Notes: generated by a model from the sequence alone, not told the origin. A stretch of 32,000 nt of DNA from Candidatus Heimdallarchaeota archaeon (GCA_030149205.1 JASBSB010000006.1:450001-482000); one strand, 5' to 3'; positions 1 to 9,378 are shown, counted from the first letter of the stretch. Numbers and translations are program-made.

Positions 1-1
1 A

Positions 2-151
2 CCTACTAAAAGAACTGTGCCTTTGGCTGCCCTTTACATAGATGAACCAAAATTGGGAGAGTCAATGAAACGTGAGTTTAATGAAATGTGGGAGAATGGA
101 GAGGAAATTGAGATGAGATTACAATTTAAACAAACCACAAAGCATTTGTGA
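2..151 (+). CDS. 3' fragment of a gene entering from the left, possibly a TrmB-type/PLD-like regulator C-terminus
   Basis: The frame from position 2 is open (PTKRTVPLAALYIDEPKLGESMKREFNEMWENGEEIEMRLQFKQTTKHL) to TGA at 149-151. The 'ALYI..P.L...MK..F..MW' pattern resembles TrmB effector-domain ends; the family call is weak. Confidence 0.5.
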   Translation, partial: PTKRTVPLAALYIDEPKLGESMKREFNEMWENGEEIEMRLQFKQTTKHL

Positions 152-221
152 CTAAGGGAAAATGCTTCTCACCTCTGATTGGAAAAAGATGTTATAATTA
201 TAAATTTGAATTCTTAGCCAT

Positions 222-248
222 TCTTTTTTATCTTTTTTATCTTTTTTA
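222..248 (+). terminator. Three tandem TCTTTTTTA units, candidate oligo(T) terminator
   Basis: TCTTTTTTA x3 lies about 70 nt downstream of the plus-strand stop at 151, in a convergent intergenic region. Archaeal terminators are U-tracts. Confidence 0.45.
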
Positions 249-433
249 ATTTGTCACCAAGCTATCTGAACTAGAAATATCAACTTCAGTGATTTAAGAT
301 TAAATAAAATTGATACAATACCTTTGAGAGTTAACTTACATATTAAATAAAAGTGGCAGTGATCTCTTCCAAAGTTTCTCCGAAACTCTCAATCATGACA
401 TCAATTACCTTCAGTTATAATTCTATTTCCTCA

Positions 434-994
434 TTAGCGTAATTCATCGTATCTAAAACAAGAGATAATGTGATCGTTTACCATACCTGTTGCCTGCATA
501 AATGCATAGCAGATTGTAGGCCCTACAAATTTAAACCCTCTCTTCTTTAGTTCCTTGCTCATTTTAGTTGATTCTGGAGTGTTAGCAGGACTCTCGTCCT
601 GATGTTCCCAGGAGTTTACTATTGTTTCATGACCAGTAAAAGACCAGATGAATCTATCGAATGAACCAAATTCATCTACTACCTCCAAATATTTCTGTGC
701 ATTAATACGGAATGCTTCTACTTTTAACCTATTTCGTATTATGCTTGTGTCTGTTAATATCATTTTTAATTTTGGATCTGAATATGCAGAAATTTTATAG
801 GGATCAAAATTTTCAAATACCTTACTGTATGATTCTCTTCTCTTAAGTATTGATAACCAAGTTAATCCTGCTTGTGCGCCCTCGAGTAACAAAAATTCAA
901 ATAATTTTTTATCATCATGGAGAGGCACTCCCCACTCATAGTCATGATATTCAGTCATTAATTCATGTGAATTTGCCCAATCACATCTTTTCAT
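434..994 (-). CDS. tag: DNA-3-methyladenine glycosylase I
   Basis: RCDW, YHDYEWGVP, LEGAQAGLTW, GFKFVGPT, MQATGMVNDHIISC; the Zn ligands (C, H, H, C) are present. Start placed at the second Met (MKRCDW). Confidence 0.95.
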   Translation of the reverse strand: MKRCDWANSHELMTEYHDYEWGVPLHDDKKLFEFLLLEGAQAGLTWLSILKRRESYSKVFENFDPYKISAYSDPKLKMILTDTSIIRNRLKVEAFRINAQKYLEVVDEFGSFDRFIWSFTGHETIVNSWEHQDESPANTPESTKMSKELKKRGFKFVGPTICYAFMQATGMVNDHIISCFRYDELR

Positions 995-1052
995 TAACAA
1001 TTGTCTCTGTTAATCTTAATAAGGTTGAAGATGCAAGGGCGAATTGACTAAT

Positions 1053-2201
1053 TTAAGAAACCGATTTGCTAGCATTAACAGGTGTATCTTCCACTGATGA
1101 TTTTATTCCCAGTCTCTCTCCAGTTTCAGCATCAAACATTAGCAGGCTTTCTGCAGGAATATGGACTGAAAGTGGAACCCCTAATGCGAGTTCATCGATC
1201 TTTTTGATATTTTCCTCCTCATTTATAATAAAGACATTTCCATTTTCTTGTTCAACCTCGAGTTGAACATATGTACCCATAAATGATTTATGTTTTACAA
1301 TGCCTGAAAGGGTGTTTTTAGTATCCTTTGGTTCGAGAACAAACGGGTCAAACCTACACATGAGCTTCACTTTCTTTTTAAGATAAGAGGAGTCGCTATA
1401 AGGAAGAACTAGTTCTAACTTTTCCCCACTTGAGAGTTCGACCTTACAAGTTCCTGAATTGATACTTTCCACAGAACCTTCAAAGATGTTGTTTTCTCCT
1501 ATGAATGTTGCGACAAAAAGATGATGAGGATCATGAAATATTTGAAATGGCGTTCCTATCTGTATTATTTCTCCCTCATTTAAAACTGCGATTCTATCAG
1601 AAATGGCCAATGCCTCTGTTTGATCATGGGTGACATAAACCACGGTGACACCTAAGGTCTTTGAAACGTCTCTGATCTCTTTTCGTAATTCAACTCTTAA
1701 TTTATAGTCCAAGTTTGAAAGTGGTTCATCACATAACAAAACCAGAGGTTCAATTGCCAAAGCCCTTGCCAGTGCGACCCTTTGCTGTTGACCTCCAGAG
1801 AGTTGTGTTGGATATTTATCACCCTGATTTGGGAGATGAACAAGATCTAACAGCTCATTAACCTTGGAAAGTATGAAAGATTTTGGTTTTTTTCTTAGTT
1901 TTAATCCAAACCCTATATTCTCTGAAACAGTCATATGCGGCCATAGTGCGTAATTTTGAAAGATCATCCCCATATCACGTTTTCTGGGTGGTAAATTGGT
2001 GATTTCTTTATTCCCAAGAATTATTGAACCAACCTTTGGAGTAATAAATCCTGCCACAGCTCTTAAAATAGTTGTTTTACCACAACCACTAGGACCAAGT
2101 AAGGTCAAGATTTCTCCGTTCTCAATATCAAGATTGATTCCTTTAACAGCATGAAAGTCGTCATAATAAATGTGTATGTTTTGTAAATTTAGTTCTACCA
2201 T
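1053..2201 (-). CDS. ABC transporter ATP-binding protein (FbpC/PotA-like, C-terminal TOBE)
   Basis: Walker A GPSGCGKTT, signature LSGGQQQR, Walker B LLCDEP, H-loop VTHDQ. AGGTGA precedes the ATG of MVELN, so the start is placed at 2201 rather than the GTG at 2210. Confidence 0.93.
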   Translation of the reverse strand: MVELNLQNIHIYYDDFHAVKGINLDIENGEILTLLGPSGCGKTTILRAVAGFITPKVGSIILGNKEITNLPPRKRDMGMIFQNYALWPHMTVSENIGFGLKLRKKPKSFILSKVNELLDLVHLPNQGDKYPTQLSGGQQQRVALARALAIEPLVLLCDEPLSNLDYKLRVELRKEIRDVSKTLGVTVVYVTHDQTEALAISDRIAVLNEGEIIQIGTPFQIFHDPHHLFVATFIGENNIFEGSVESINSGTCKVELSSGEKLELVLPYSDSSYLKKKVKLMCRFDPFVLEPKDTKNTLSGIVKHKSFMGTYVQLEVEQENGNVFIINEEENIKKIDELALGVPLSVHIPAESLLMFDAETGERLGIKSSVEDTPVNASKSVS

Positions 2202-2210
2202 ATTGTTCAC

Positions 2211-4082
2211 CTATATACCTGTAAGTGCCTCTGCACGATTCCTCAGAAGTAGATTTGTTACCATTAAACTAACTGCCTGGATCATCATCAGCAAAACCCC
2301 AACAGCAGCAAATACACCTAACTTCCCAGCAGAGATATCTGCAAGTTTCCATACAAGATTACCATATCTACTGTCAGAAATAAGAATTAGCGTGGTACTG
2401 ACCTCACTCATGATGTATACCAAAGAAACCAAGGCACCACCCACTATGTTTAGAATTATTAATGGAATAATTATTCTTGCGAGAACTCTGGGCTTAGAAG
2501 CTCCTAAGTTTAATGCTGCTTCTTCAAGAACCTCATCAGTTTGTTGCAACCCTGAATAGACAGAACGAACTGTGAACGGAAACTTTCGAACTGTATAGCT
2601 AATAATTAGGATTGTTGGAGGGAAAAACAGGGGGTTTAATGTGAAGATTCCCCAGTCTGGAAAGTTCCCGAACATTCTGATGTAACCAATCCCCAAGACT
2701 ACACCTGGTATCGCAATCGGGATGGTAACCAAAGTATCAAAAAAACTCATCCCGAAAAATTTCTTCCTGTTTGCTACGTAACCAGCCATGGTTGCCAGAA
2801 CCATTATGAAAATTGTGGCAGTAAAACTATAGATCAGCGTGTTTTGCACATAAAGCAGAAAGCCTTGAGATTGGTTTGACTCAAAAATTAACTGATAAAA
2901 GGAAGATGTAAATTGATCTGTTGTCCCTGCCTTTGTGACAGATCGGAAGAGTATTCCTATATGAGGAAGTGTTGCCGTAATTAAGAGGCCAGCAAAAAAC
3001 AGATAAACCCCAACCTTTTGGAAAACATTAGGATTAAATGAGCGATAAGTTCCAGCCCTTCCCTTACTTACCATCGAATATTGCCTCAATGATACGTATT
3101 TTCTGATGAAAATAAAGCCTAAAATGGCTATCACAAGAAGTAGAGCTCCTATCGCAGCACTTGTCTTTCCAATTTCTGTTGTAGCATCACCTGCAAAGAA
3201 GTTGTTCTTGATGTAATAGGTCATTGTTTTCTTGGCAATTGCATCACCAAAACCTCCAAAGATAATTGGGGTACCGAGGTCTTCCATAGAGAGAATGAAA
3301 ACCAAAATACTTCCTGATGCAATACCTGGAGTTGCTAAAGGAAGAGTAATTTTTCTAGTGATTGTGCTCCTCTTAGCCCCTAGATTTTCTGCTTGTTCCT
3401 CCATTGAAGGATCAGCATTCATTAGGGCTGAATAAACATTTAAATGGATAAGTGTGAAATAATGCATACTTTGAACAAAGATTATGGCAAACAACCCTTG
3501 AAAAATAACATTTATCCCCAATACTGGCCCAAGAAAGAATTTATTAATAATCCCCTCATTTCCAAACATTGCAAAAAATCCAATCCCACTGACAAAGGGG
3601 GGTAATACCAGAGGAATAAGCAGAAGACCGTTTAAAACGGTTTTACCTTGGAAGTTCACTCTTGCCATTAAGAAGGCAGTAGTTAGACCAATTCCAACAG
3701 AGAGCAAAGTTGTAAATATACCTATTATCAAGGTGTTTAGGACTATTCCAAAATCAAGTCCTGTAACAAAGATAGTCGAAACACCTCCACCTGGAGGAGT
3801 ATAAATTTGTATAAAATAATCACCACCTCCAATTATTGGATCAAAGAACTGCTTATCTGAAAATATTTGAACAATTGCGTCAAATTTGATTGTACCGTTG
3901 TAGTTAATCGCGGAATAAAGAATTAAGATCAATGGGACAACTAAAAAAGTGATGAAAAATAGGCTAATAAAAAAGATAACTGACCATGAGATAGGGTCTG
4001 ATCTAATGTCATTCTTAATCTGCCTCAATCCATAACCAAGATTTAATCTCTTTTCTTCCCAATAGGAGACGTTTTTTTCCAT
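2211..4082 (-). CDS. ABC transporter permease with a duplicated BPD_transp_1 domain (FbpB/ThiP-like)
   Basis: About 12 hydrophobic segments and two EAA loops (EEQAENLGA, EEAALNLGA); lies between the SBP and ATPase genes. Confidence 0.92.
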   Translation of the reverse strand: MEKNVSYWEEKRLNLGYGLRQIKNDIRSDPISWSVIFFISLFFITFLVVPLILILYSAINYNGTIKFDAIVQIFSDKQFFDPIIGGGDYFIQIYTPPGGGVSTIFVTGLDFGIVLNTLIIGIFTTLLSVGIGLTTAFLMARVNFQGKTVLNGLLLIPLVLPPFVSGIGFFAMFGNEGIINKFFLGPVLGINVIFQGLFAIIFVQSMHYFTLIHLNVYSALMNADPSMEEQAENLGAKRSTITRKITLPLATPGIASGSILVFILSMEDLGTPIIFGGFGDAIAKKTMTYYIKNNFFAGDATTEIGKTSAAIGALLLVIAILGFIFIRKYVSLRQYSMVSKGRAGTYRSFNPNVFQKVGVYLFFAGLLITATLPHIGILFRSVTKAGTTDQFTSSFYQLIFESNQSQGFLLYVQNTLIYSFTATIFIMVLATMAGYVANRKKFFGMSFFDTLVTIPIAIPGVVLGIGYIRMFGNFPDWGIFTLNPLFFPPTILIISYTVRKFPFTVRSVYSGLQQTDEVLEEAALNLGASKPRVLARIIIPLIILNIVGGALVSLVYIMSEVSTTLILISDSRYGNLVWKLADISAGKLGVFAAVGVLLMMIQAVSLMVTNLLLRNRAEALTGI

Positions 4083-4177
4083 TAAATTCAGGTTGTCTTT
4101 GATTATATGATTTTTAATTATTATCCTAGCGCATTAGTAGAATTAAAGATTGAGAAATTGTGAAGAAGGTACTTTAT

Positions 4178-5686
4178 TTATAGTTTAAGCTGTCTTCGTC
4201 GTTTAATTACGGGGACTAAAAGGATCAAAGAGTAGAGGAACGGTATTGGAGAAACAGGGATAGACTTGACATTTGAATTTATAAACCCAAGGGATGACAG
4301 TTGAGTTTCTAAGTTTAAATATTTTGCTTTGGAATCATCTCTCCATTGGGTTTTCATCTTTTCCTTAAAAGTGGCATCGGTGATAAATTGATGGTTAACC
4401 TTAATTGCTTCTGCTTCCGATAGAGTCGGTGTTCCAAATTGAGCAGTTAGGTTGTTGAATAAGGATGTTGATATCTTTTTCGTTTTATAATTTGTTGCCA
4501 AAACATCCCAAACAGATTGAAGGGTTACATGTTCATCACTAATTGAAGATTGAAAGAAGTATCTCATGGGTTCTTCTAATGAGAGTGCTAAAGATTCGTT
4601 AAATTGAATTCCTTGGTTAGCCAAAGTATCATTATAGACCTTGTGAATCTTTTGTCCTGATGCAGATTTTCCAATCGGAGTATCAAAAGCATCTGATCTC
4701 ACAGGTAATCTATTAATTGTTGGCTTTAACCAAAGACTTTGCCCCTCTTTTGATAACAAGAATTCTATAAAGGCATTTGCTGCTGCAGGGTTGTCTGGTG
4801 TTTTTGCAAGAGCAATTGGATCTCCATTAACAATTGAAGCATTCTTGGGGATGATATACTCTGTATCAGGATTTTCTTGTTGGGCAATTAACCCATAGAA
4901 GTCGATTGTCATTGCTGCAGCTGTTTCTCCATTGATAACTGAAGAACGTGTCTCCACAGAACCATCATAAATTTTTCCATTACCTGCCATCTGAGAAAGA
5001 ATTTGCCAACCTTTAACCCATCCATATTTTTGTAATATAATATGATAAATTCTGGTGTTACTTGTTGTCAATGGTGCATTTCCCAGACCAACATTTGGAT
5101 GAGCAATATCCGTGTAGAAATCTGGGCTCGCTAAGTCTATCCAGGTTTGTGGTTTTGTCAGGTTTCTTTCTTTTAGAACTTTATTATTTACGGTAAACCC
5201 AAAACTTGAAATGGCGTTTGCCACCCAAACAAGATCATTAGTTTTGGTGTCATAATACTTCATGTTTGCTCCTGCAATATTATCAGGAACAACGTTTTTA
5301 ATCGTTTGAAGTACGGTTGTGTTTTTGATCGGAGATATTGCTCCATCAAGGTATAAGTTGTTAAAAAGTGTTGGACCACCACCCCAACCTAAGCTGACTC
5401 GGAGCTGAGGGTTTTCCATAGCCTTTTTGAACCCATCATAAGTAGAAATGGATAGAAATTTAATATCAGTAGGACTTGTTATACCTACACTTTTACCATA
5501 GCTTGATGCTGCAAATCCTGCTGCAAATTCATCATAAATGACTACGTCATGACGTGTCACTATTGTGAGCTTTACACTTTGAGCGGGGTGAACTGTTGTG
5601 AGATTTTTTACAGCAGCGTCTATACCTCCAATCGGAAGTGTGAAGACTAGCCCCAACATTAGGAGAAAAACGAGTTTGGTTCTCAT
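4178..5686 (-). CDS. ABC transporter substrate-binding protein (FbpA/AfuA-like class), C-terminally anchored
   Basis: N-terminal signal peptide; WGGGPTLF, NAISSFGFTVN, TSNTRIYHIILQ, SIVNGDPIAL and AANAFIEFLLSKEGQ motifs; C-terminal hydrophobic segment plus KRRR. Substrate unknown. Confidence 0.88.
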   Translation of the reverse strand: MRTKLVFLLMLGLVFTLPIGGIDAAVKNLTTVHPAQSVKLTIVTRHDVVIYDEFAAGFAASSYGKSVGITSPTDIKFLSISTYDGFKKAMENPQLRVSLGWGGGPTLFNNLYLDGAISPIKNTTVLQTIKNVVPDNIAGANMKYYDTKTNDLVWVANAISSFGFTVNNKVLKERNLTKPQTWIDLASPDFYTDIAHPNVGLGNAPLTTSNTRIYHIILQKYGWVKGWQILSQMAGNGKIYDGSVETRSSVINGETAAAMTIDFYGLIAQQENPDTEYIIPKNASIVNGDPIALAKTPDNPAAANAFIEFLLSKEGQSLWLKPTINRLPVRSDAFDTPIGKSASGQKIHKVYNDTLANQGIQFNESLALSLEEPMRYFFQSSISDEHVTLQSVWDVLATNYKTKKISTSLFNNLTAQFGTPTLSEAEAIKVNHQFITDATFKEKMKTQWRDDSKAKYLNLETQLSSLGFINSNVKSIPVSPIPFLYSLILLVPVIKRRRQLKL

Positions 5687-5752
5687 TGCGTTAAGTTAAA
5701 ACCACCTAAATTAAAACTTTCCCCTATTGAATTGAATTAAAAAAATTTTATT

Positions 5753-6340
5753 TTACATCATCCTCTGTGCCTGATAGCCAAATATTCGAGGTAACAACAC
5801 AGAGCTGGTAAACATTGCTGCAATCAAATACCAAGATCCAAATCCTGCCACACTTAACCGTGGATCTAGTGCATACTGGCTAAACCATCCTCCAATAAAA
5901 GGAATCCAGGAGGGGATCTGAAATGGAAGAATTGCAACAACTCCACCTCGAGCAGGGGTAAGATTCAAAGTTGGGTCACCCATAACTCCTCTGAAGAATG
6001 AGAAAACAAAAATGTACATTCCCGAGATAACCACCTGAGGAATTAAACGTTTGAACATAAATCTCTGATTAAGTTCATCTATGCTTTTACTTCTGTTCTT
6101 TATTTCCACCCACAGCTTTGGATCCTTCGTTTTTGAAAGCGCAGACTGCATCCCCTTAAATTGGTTGGTCACTGTTGTGTACCTATTAAGATCTCGTTGA
6201 TTTACCAACAGCTTGGTTAACCAATTTGACAAGATTGTTATCAATACAATCACAAGAACTAAAAAGAAAGACGCCCATGGTGGTCGATTCCATCCTATTA
6301 ATATAATAAAATCGTGTAACCATTCTATTGGAGTTACCAT
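5753..6340 (-). CDS. EMC3/TMCO1-family (DUF106, Oxa1 superfamily) membrane protein
   Basis: TM1, a soluble coiled-coil (QRDLNRY...DELNQRFMFK), TM2, an LPFQIP loop, and TM3 carrying GSWY and ending PRIFG: the three-TM Oxa1-superfamily architecture. Confidence 0.82.
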   Translation of the reverse strand: MVTPIEWLHDFIILIGWNRPPWASFFLVLVIVLITILSNWLTKLLVNQRDLNRYTTVTNQFKGMQSALSKTKDPKLWVEIKNRSKSIDELNQRFMFKRLIPQVVISGMYIFVFSFFRGVMGDPTLNLTPARGGVVAILPFQIPSWIPFIGGWFSQYALDPRLSVAGFGSWYLIAAMFTSSVLLPRIFGYQAQRMM

Positions 6341-6389
6341 TGTCCTAGGATTTCAACAGAAATAAAAATACTTTGGATTGAGTGCTAAA

Positions 6390-7739
6390 TTATTTTGGTG
6401 CAGGTGCCAAAAAGTTTGGGTCGGGAATTAGCCATACGAGAAGAATGAGATAAATTCCAGAGATAAAGATTCGGACAATCGTAGCCACTCCCACAGTCTT
6501 GAAGAAGTACCCCCAACCTACCAATTTACCAGTTTCCTTCTTAAGGATCCCAAGACCAAGTACACCGGGTGGTGCACCAATTGGGGTTAATCCTCCACCA
6601 AGGTTAGTTCCAATTATTAAGGCCCAAATTAATGGACCAAGATGTAGAGATGAGTTGGCAACAATTTGACCTAACATCGGGGTAAGAGTAACTGCTAAGA
6701 CAACATTATCAAGGAAACCACTCAAGAGACTTGAGAACAGTAACATTATAATGGTTGCAATGATATTGTCATTTCCTAAAATCACAATCAAAAATTGTGT
6801 CAGAAGGTCAAGGAGATGAACTAACTCTAAGGCTTTGATCATGACAAATAATGAGGCAAAGAATGAAAGTAGAGGCCAGTCCACCTTAGAAAACACCTTA
6901 TCTACCTTGGCTTTGGAGACATACAGCATCAAAATACCTCCACCCACAGATATAATCGCAAGATTCTGTTTGATAATATCTGATAGTAAAAGTGCAATCA
7001 TCGTTAAGACAAAGGCTATAGTTGTATAATAAAAGGCCCTTCTATCCTTAACTACACTCCATTCATTGAAAGTACTTATCTTAAGCTCAATAGTCTTTTT
7101 ATCCTTTGGTTTATCAATGGGAGCAATATAATACATCAAAACTAGGCTAACCACAAAAAGTAACAATGAAAGTGGTGCAGCAATTATGAGAAATTTACCA
7201 AAAGTAATCTTGTATGGGAGTGCAATAATTAAGTTAGTGATAGATGAGATTAAGGTTGTCAGCCCACCGGTATTTGTTACCACTATCTCCATCAGAATGT
7301 AAGGCTTGGGATCATACTCGAGTTCATTACAAGCAACTAGTGTTAACGCCCCAACCACTAATATTGCCGGGATGGTGTTTACTACAGCAGATAATAGTAA
7401 GGTAAGAAATCCTAAAATAATATAAAGTCTTAAGGGATCACCTTTGGTGAATTTCAATAGTTTTATAGAGATAAATTGGAAGAGACCGACTTCTGAACCA
7501 ACAACTACCATTAGTAAGTTTCCAAATAAAATTGCTAAAATTAAATAATCACTACTGAGTTCTACAGTTACGAATTCAACCTGGTCAAAGATATGGAATA
7601 ATCCTCCAACAAACATTGTAGCAACTGCTCCGAGAAGGGCAGCCATATATTTATCAAATGATGCTTTAACTATGAAAAAATAAGTAATTAAGAACACACT
7701 TAGGATGATTGCTAAATTCGTCCAATTCACAACAGCCAT
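6390..7739 (-). CDS. ArsB/NhaD (SLC13/P-protein-like) ion-transporter-superfamily permease
   Basis: About 12 TM segments with two-fold internal repeat; NTGGLTTLI, KVDWPLLSFF, SGFLDNV and GTNLGGGLTPIG motifs; GGTGA SD upstream. Confidence 0.85.
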   Translation of the reverse strand: MAVVNWTNLAIILSVFLITYFFIVKASFDKYMAALLGAVATMFVGGLFHIFDQVEFVTVELSSDYLILAILFGNLLMVVVGSEVGLFQFISIKLLKFTKGDPLRLYIILGFLTLLLSAVVNTIPAILVVGALTLVACNELEYDPKPYILMEIVVTNTGGLTTLISSITNLIIALPYKITFGKFLIIAAPLSLLLFVVSLVLMYYIAPIDKPKDKKTIELKISTFNEWSVVKDRRAFYYTTIAFVLTMIALLLSDIIKQNLAIISVGGGILMLYVSKAKVDKVFSKVDWPLLSFFASLFVMIKALELVHLLDLLTQFLIVILGNDNIIATIIMLLFSSLLSGFLDNVVLAVTLTPMLGQIVANSSLHLGPLIWALIIGTNLGGGLTPIGAPPGVLGLGILKKETGKLVGWGYFFKTVGVATIVRIFISGIYLILLVWLIPDPNFLAPAPK

Positions 7740-7750
7740 TTAACAATCAC

Positions 7751-8893
7751 CTAGTAAGTTATGAAAGCTGAGACTCCTATTCTCAGTGCCAGCTTACAAT
7801 CATCTGAGACCTCTTCGTCATAACTTGTATCACCTGTTGGCTTTGGGGCAATTATCATTAAATCTGTTTCTATCTCTTTAAGAGCAGGTTGTAGAACATC
7901 TTCAGGTTCTCCAAAAATCACTTTTGAATCAGGAGTTTTCCCACCGATTCGGAGTCGGTTGACCTGGTCAGTAATCTTTGAGCTTAGCTTTGCTTTTAGT
8001 TCATTCAAATCTGATTGATCTGAGGCCAGTGAAGCCATCTGTAGATTTTTGTTGTCTACAATTGTTAAATAAGTAATTGAAACTTTGTTGAGATTCGGGA
8101 TAAGCGAATATATTGCCTGTGCGTTCCTTAACATTGCGGTTTCATCTTGACCAGCTAAAATAACACTTGCAATCGATTTTACGTTTTCATATGGAGTATC
8201 CCCCTGTAAAAACAACCAAGATCCATTAGGTTTTCTTCTCAAAATAGTTTTTTCAAGACTTCCAATAATATTATCTCTCATCTCTTCATCTCTTTTTCCA
8301 AGCAATGGGGGTTTACAATAGATAAAACTTGGTTTTTCCTGATCTACTAAATCTGTTAGAATTGAGTTCAAAGAGTTTTTGTTTTCGATGATTTCTTCAA
8401 TGAAATAATCTGTAAGAGCAAATGCATCCTCTTTACTTAATTCCTCCTCTTTTGAAGATATCTGTCTCAATGATCTAATTCTAAATAATAAATTTTTAAC
8501 ACTATCACTTAACAGAATTTTTGTATTCTCTTGTTTCAATTCCTTTATCCTTGAAGAATGGGTTTGTAATACTCGCAAAATAGTATGTTCTCGTTCCTTT
8601 ATTTCTTCCTCAGTAGGTTCCTTATCATCATCCTCATCGTCCATAGATTCAGTTAACTTTTCCAGCTCTCCCCTCAAGGTTCCTTGTAGGTCATAAAGAA
8701 AGACTTTAAGATATTCAAATTTCATCTTTTGTGAGAGTTTCTCCATTTCATCATATCGTTCACTCACATCATCCAAGCTATCTGTTATGACCATCCCGAA
8801 TGGGATATCTCTAACATCATCAAGTTCAAGCACTGTATCCTTTGCGTGTTCAAGAGAATGAACAAGTGATGAAAAAAGTGATTTATCACTCAT
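7751..8893 (-). CDS. Tandem universal stress protein (USP)-like protein with an acidic helical insertion
   Basis: C-terminal KVIFGEPEDVLQPALKEIETDLMIIAP matches the USP pattern; internal IIGSLEKTILRRKPNGSWLFL resembles the USP 'GSV...VL' end. Stops 11 nt before the permease. Confidence 0.6.
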   Translation of the reverse strand: MSDKSLFSSLVHSLEHAKDTVLELDDVRDIPFGMVITDSLDDVSERYDEMEKLSQKMKFEYLKVFLYDLQGTLRGELEKLTESMDDEDDDKEPTEEEIKEREHTILRVLQTHSSRIKELKQENTKILLSDSVKNLLFRIRSLRQISSKEEELSKEDAFALTDYFIEEIIENKNSLNSILTDLVDQEKPSFIYCKPPLLGKRDEEMRDNIIGSLEKTILRRKPNGSWLFLQGDTPYENVKSIASVILAGQDETAMLRNAQAIYSLIPNLNKVSITYLTIVDNKNLQMASLASDQSDLNELKAKLSSKITDQVNRLRIGGKTPDSKVIFGEPEDVLQPALKEIETDLMIIAPKPTGDTSYDEEVSDDCKLALRIGVSAFITY

Positions 8894-8934
8894 TATGCAC
8901 TATAATTTCAACCTGTTAATAATTTTTACTTAGT

Positions 8935-9375
8935 TTGTATGTATTAACTCTTTTCTTCTTAGAGGAAGAGTATCAGAAAATTAAAGAAACCCTGATTTTA
9001 CAAAACTTATTGAAAATGGATATTAAGTTCAGGAAAATTCAATTACGGAATGTTTTTAGAAGTAATGATAATTTCTCCATCCATATAGAAATGTTCCATC
9101 CAAATCTTAAGGAAATAAATACAGATCTCCTCACTGAGCAGCTCAAAATTATATTTCAAGGGTATAACCATAGAGAGCTTTTAGATCTTTATTTATCTAA
9201 TGAACTGAATGGTAAGATAAAAGAATATCCTAAGTTGAAGGAATTTACTGTTGCAACTCTTGAAATGGAAAAAATCAACGTAGATCCAATCACTAGCACT
9301 AAAGTAGATGAAAAGCTAGAAGGATATAAACAAAAGAAGAAAAAAGGGATATTTCAAAGGTTTAGCAGAGGTTAA
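8935..9375 (+). CDS. Hypothetical protein with a basic amphipathic C-terminus
   Basis: 146-aa ORF filling the gap; ends KKKKGIFQRFSRG. The start is uncertain (TTG only 41 nt from the divergent gene; the ATG of MDIKF is an alternative). Confidence 0.65.
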   Translation: MYVLTLFFLEEEYQKIKETLILQNLLKMDIKFRKIQLRNVFRSNDNFSIHIEMFHPNLKEINTDLLTEQLKIIFQGYNHRELLDLYLSNELNGKIKEYPKLKEFTVATLEMEKINVDPITSTKVDEKLEGYKQKKKKGIFQRFSRG

Positions 9376-9378
9376 TAG

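Noticed and set aside
343-396. 17-codon minus-strand ORF MIESFGETLEEITATFI downstream of tag
   Set aside because: Too short, with only a weak SD-like sequence; cannot distinguish a small protein or gene relic from chance.
850-3435. Plus-strand ORFs 850-1047, 1066-1266, 2170-2559 and 3232-3435
   Set aside because: Antisense shadows of tag and the ABC genes, with no recognisable motifs.
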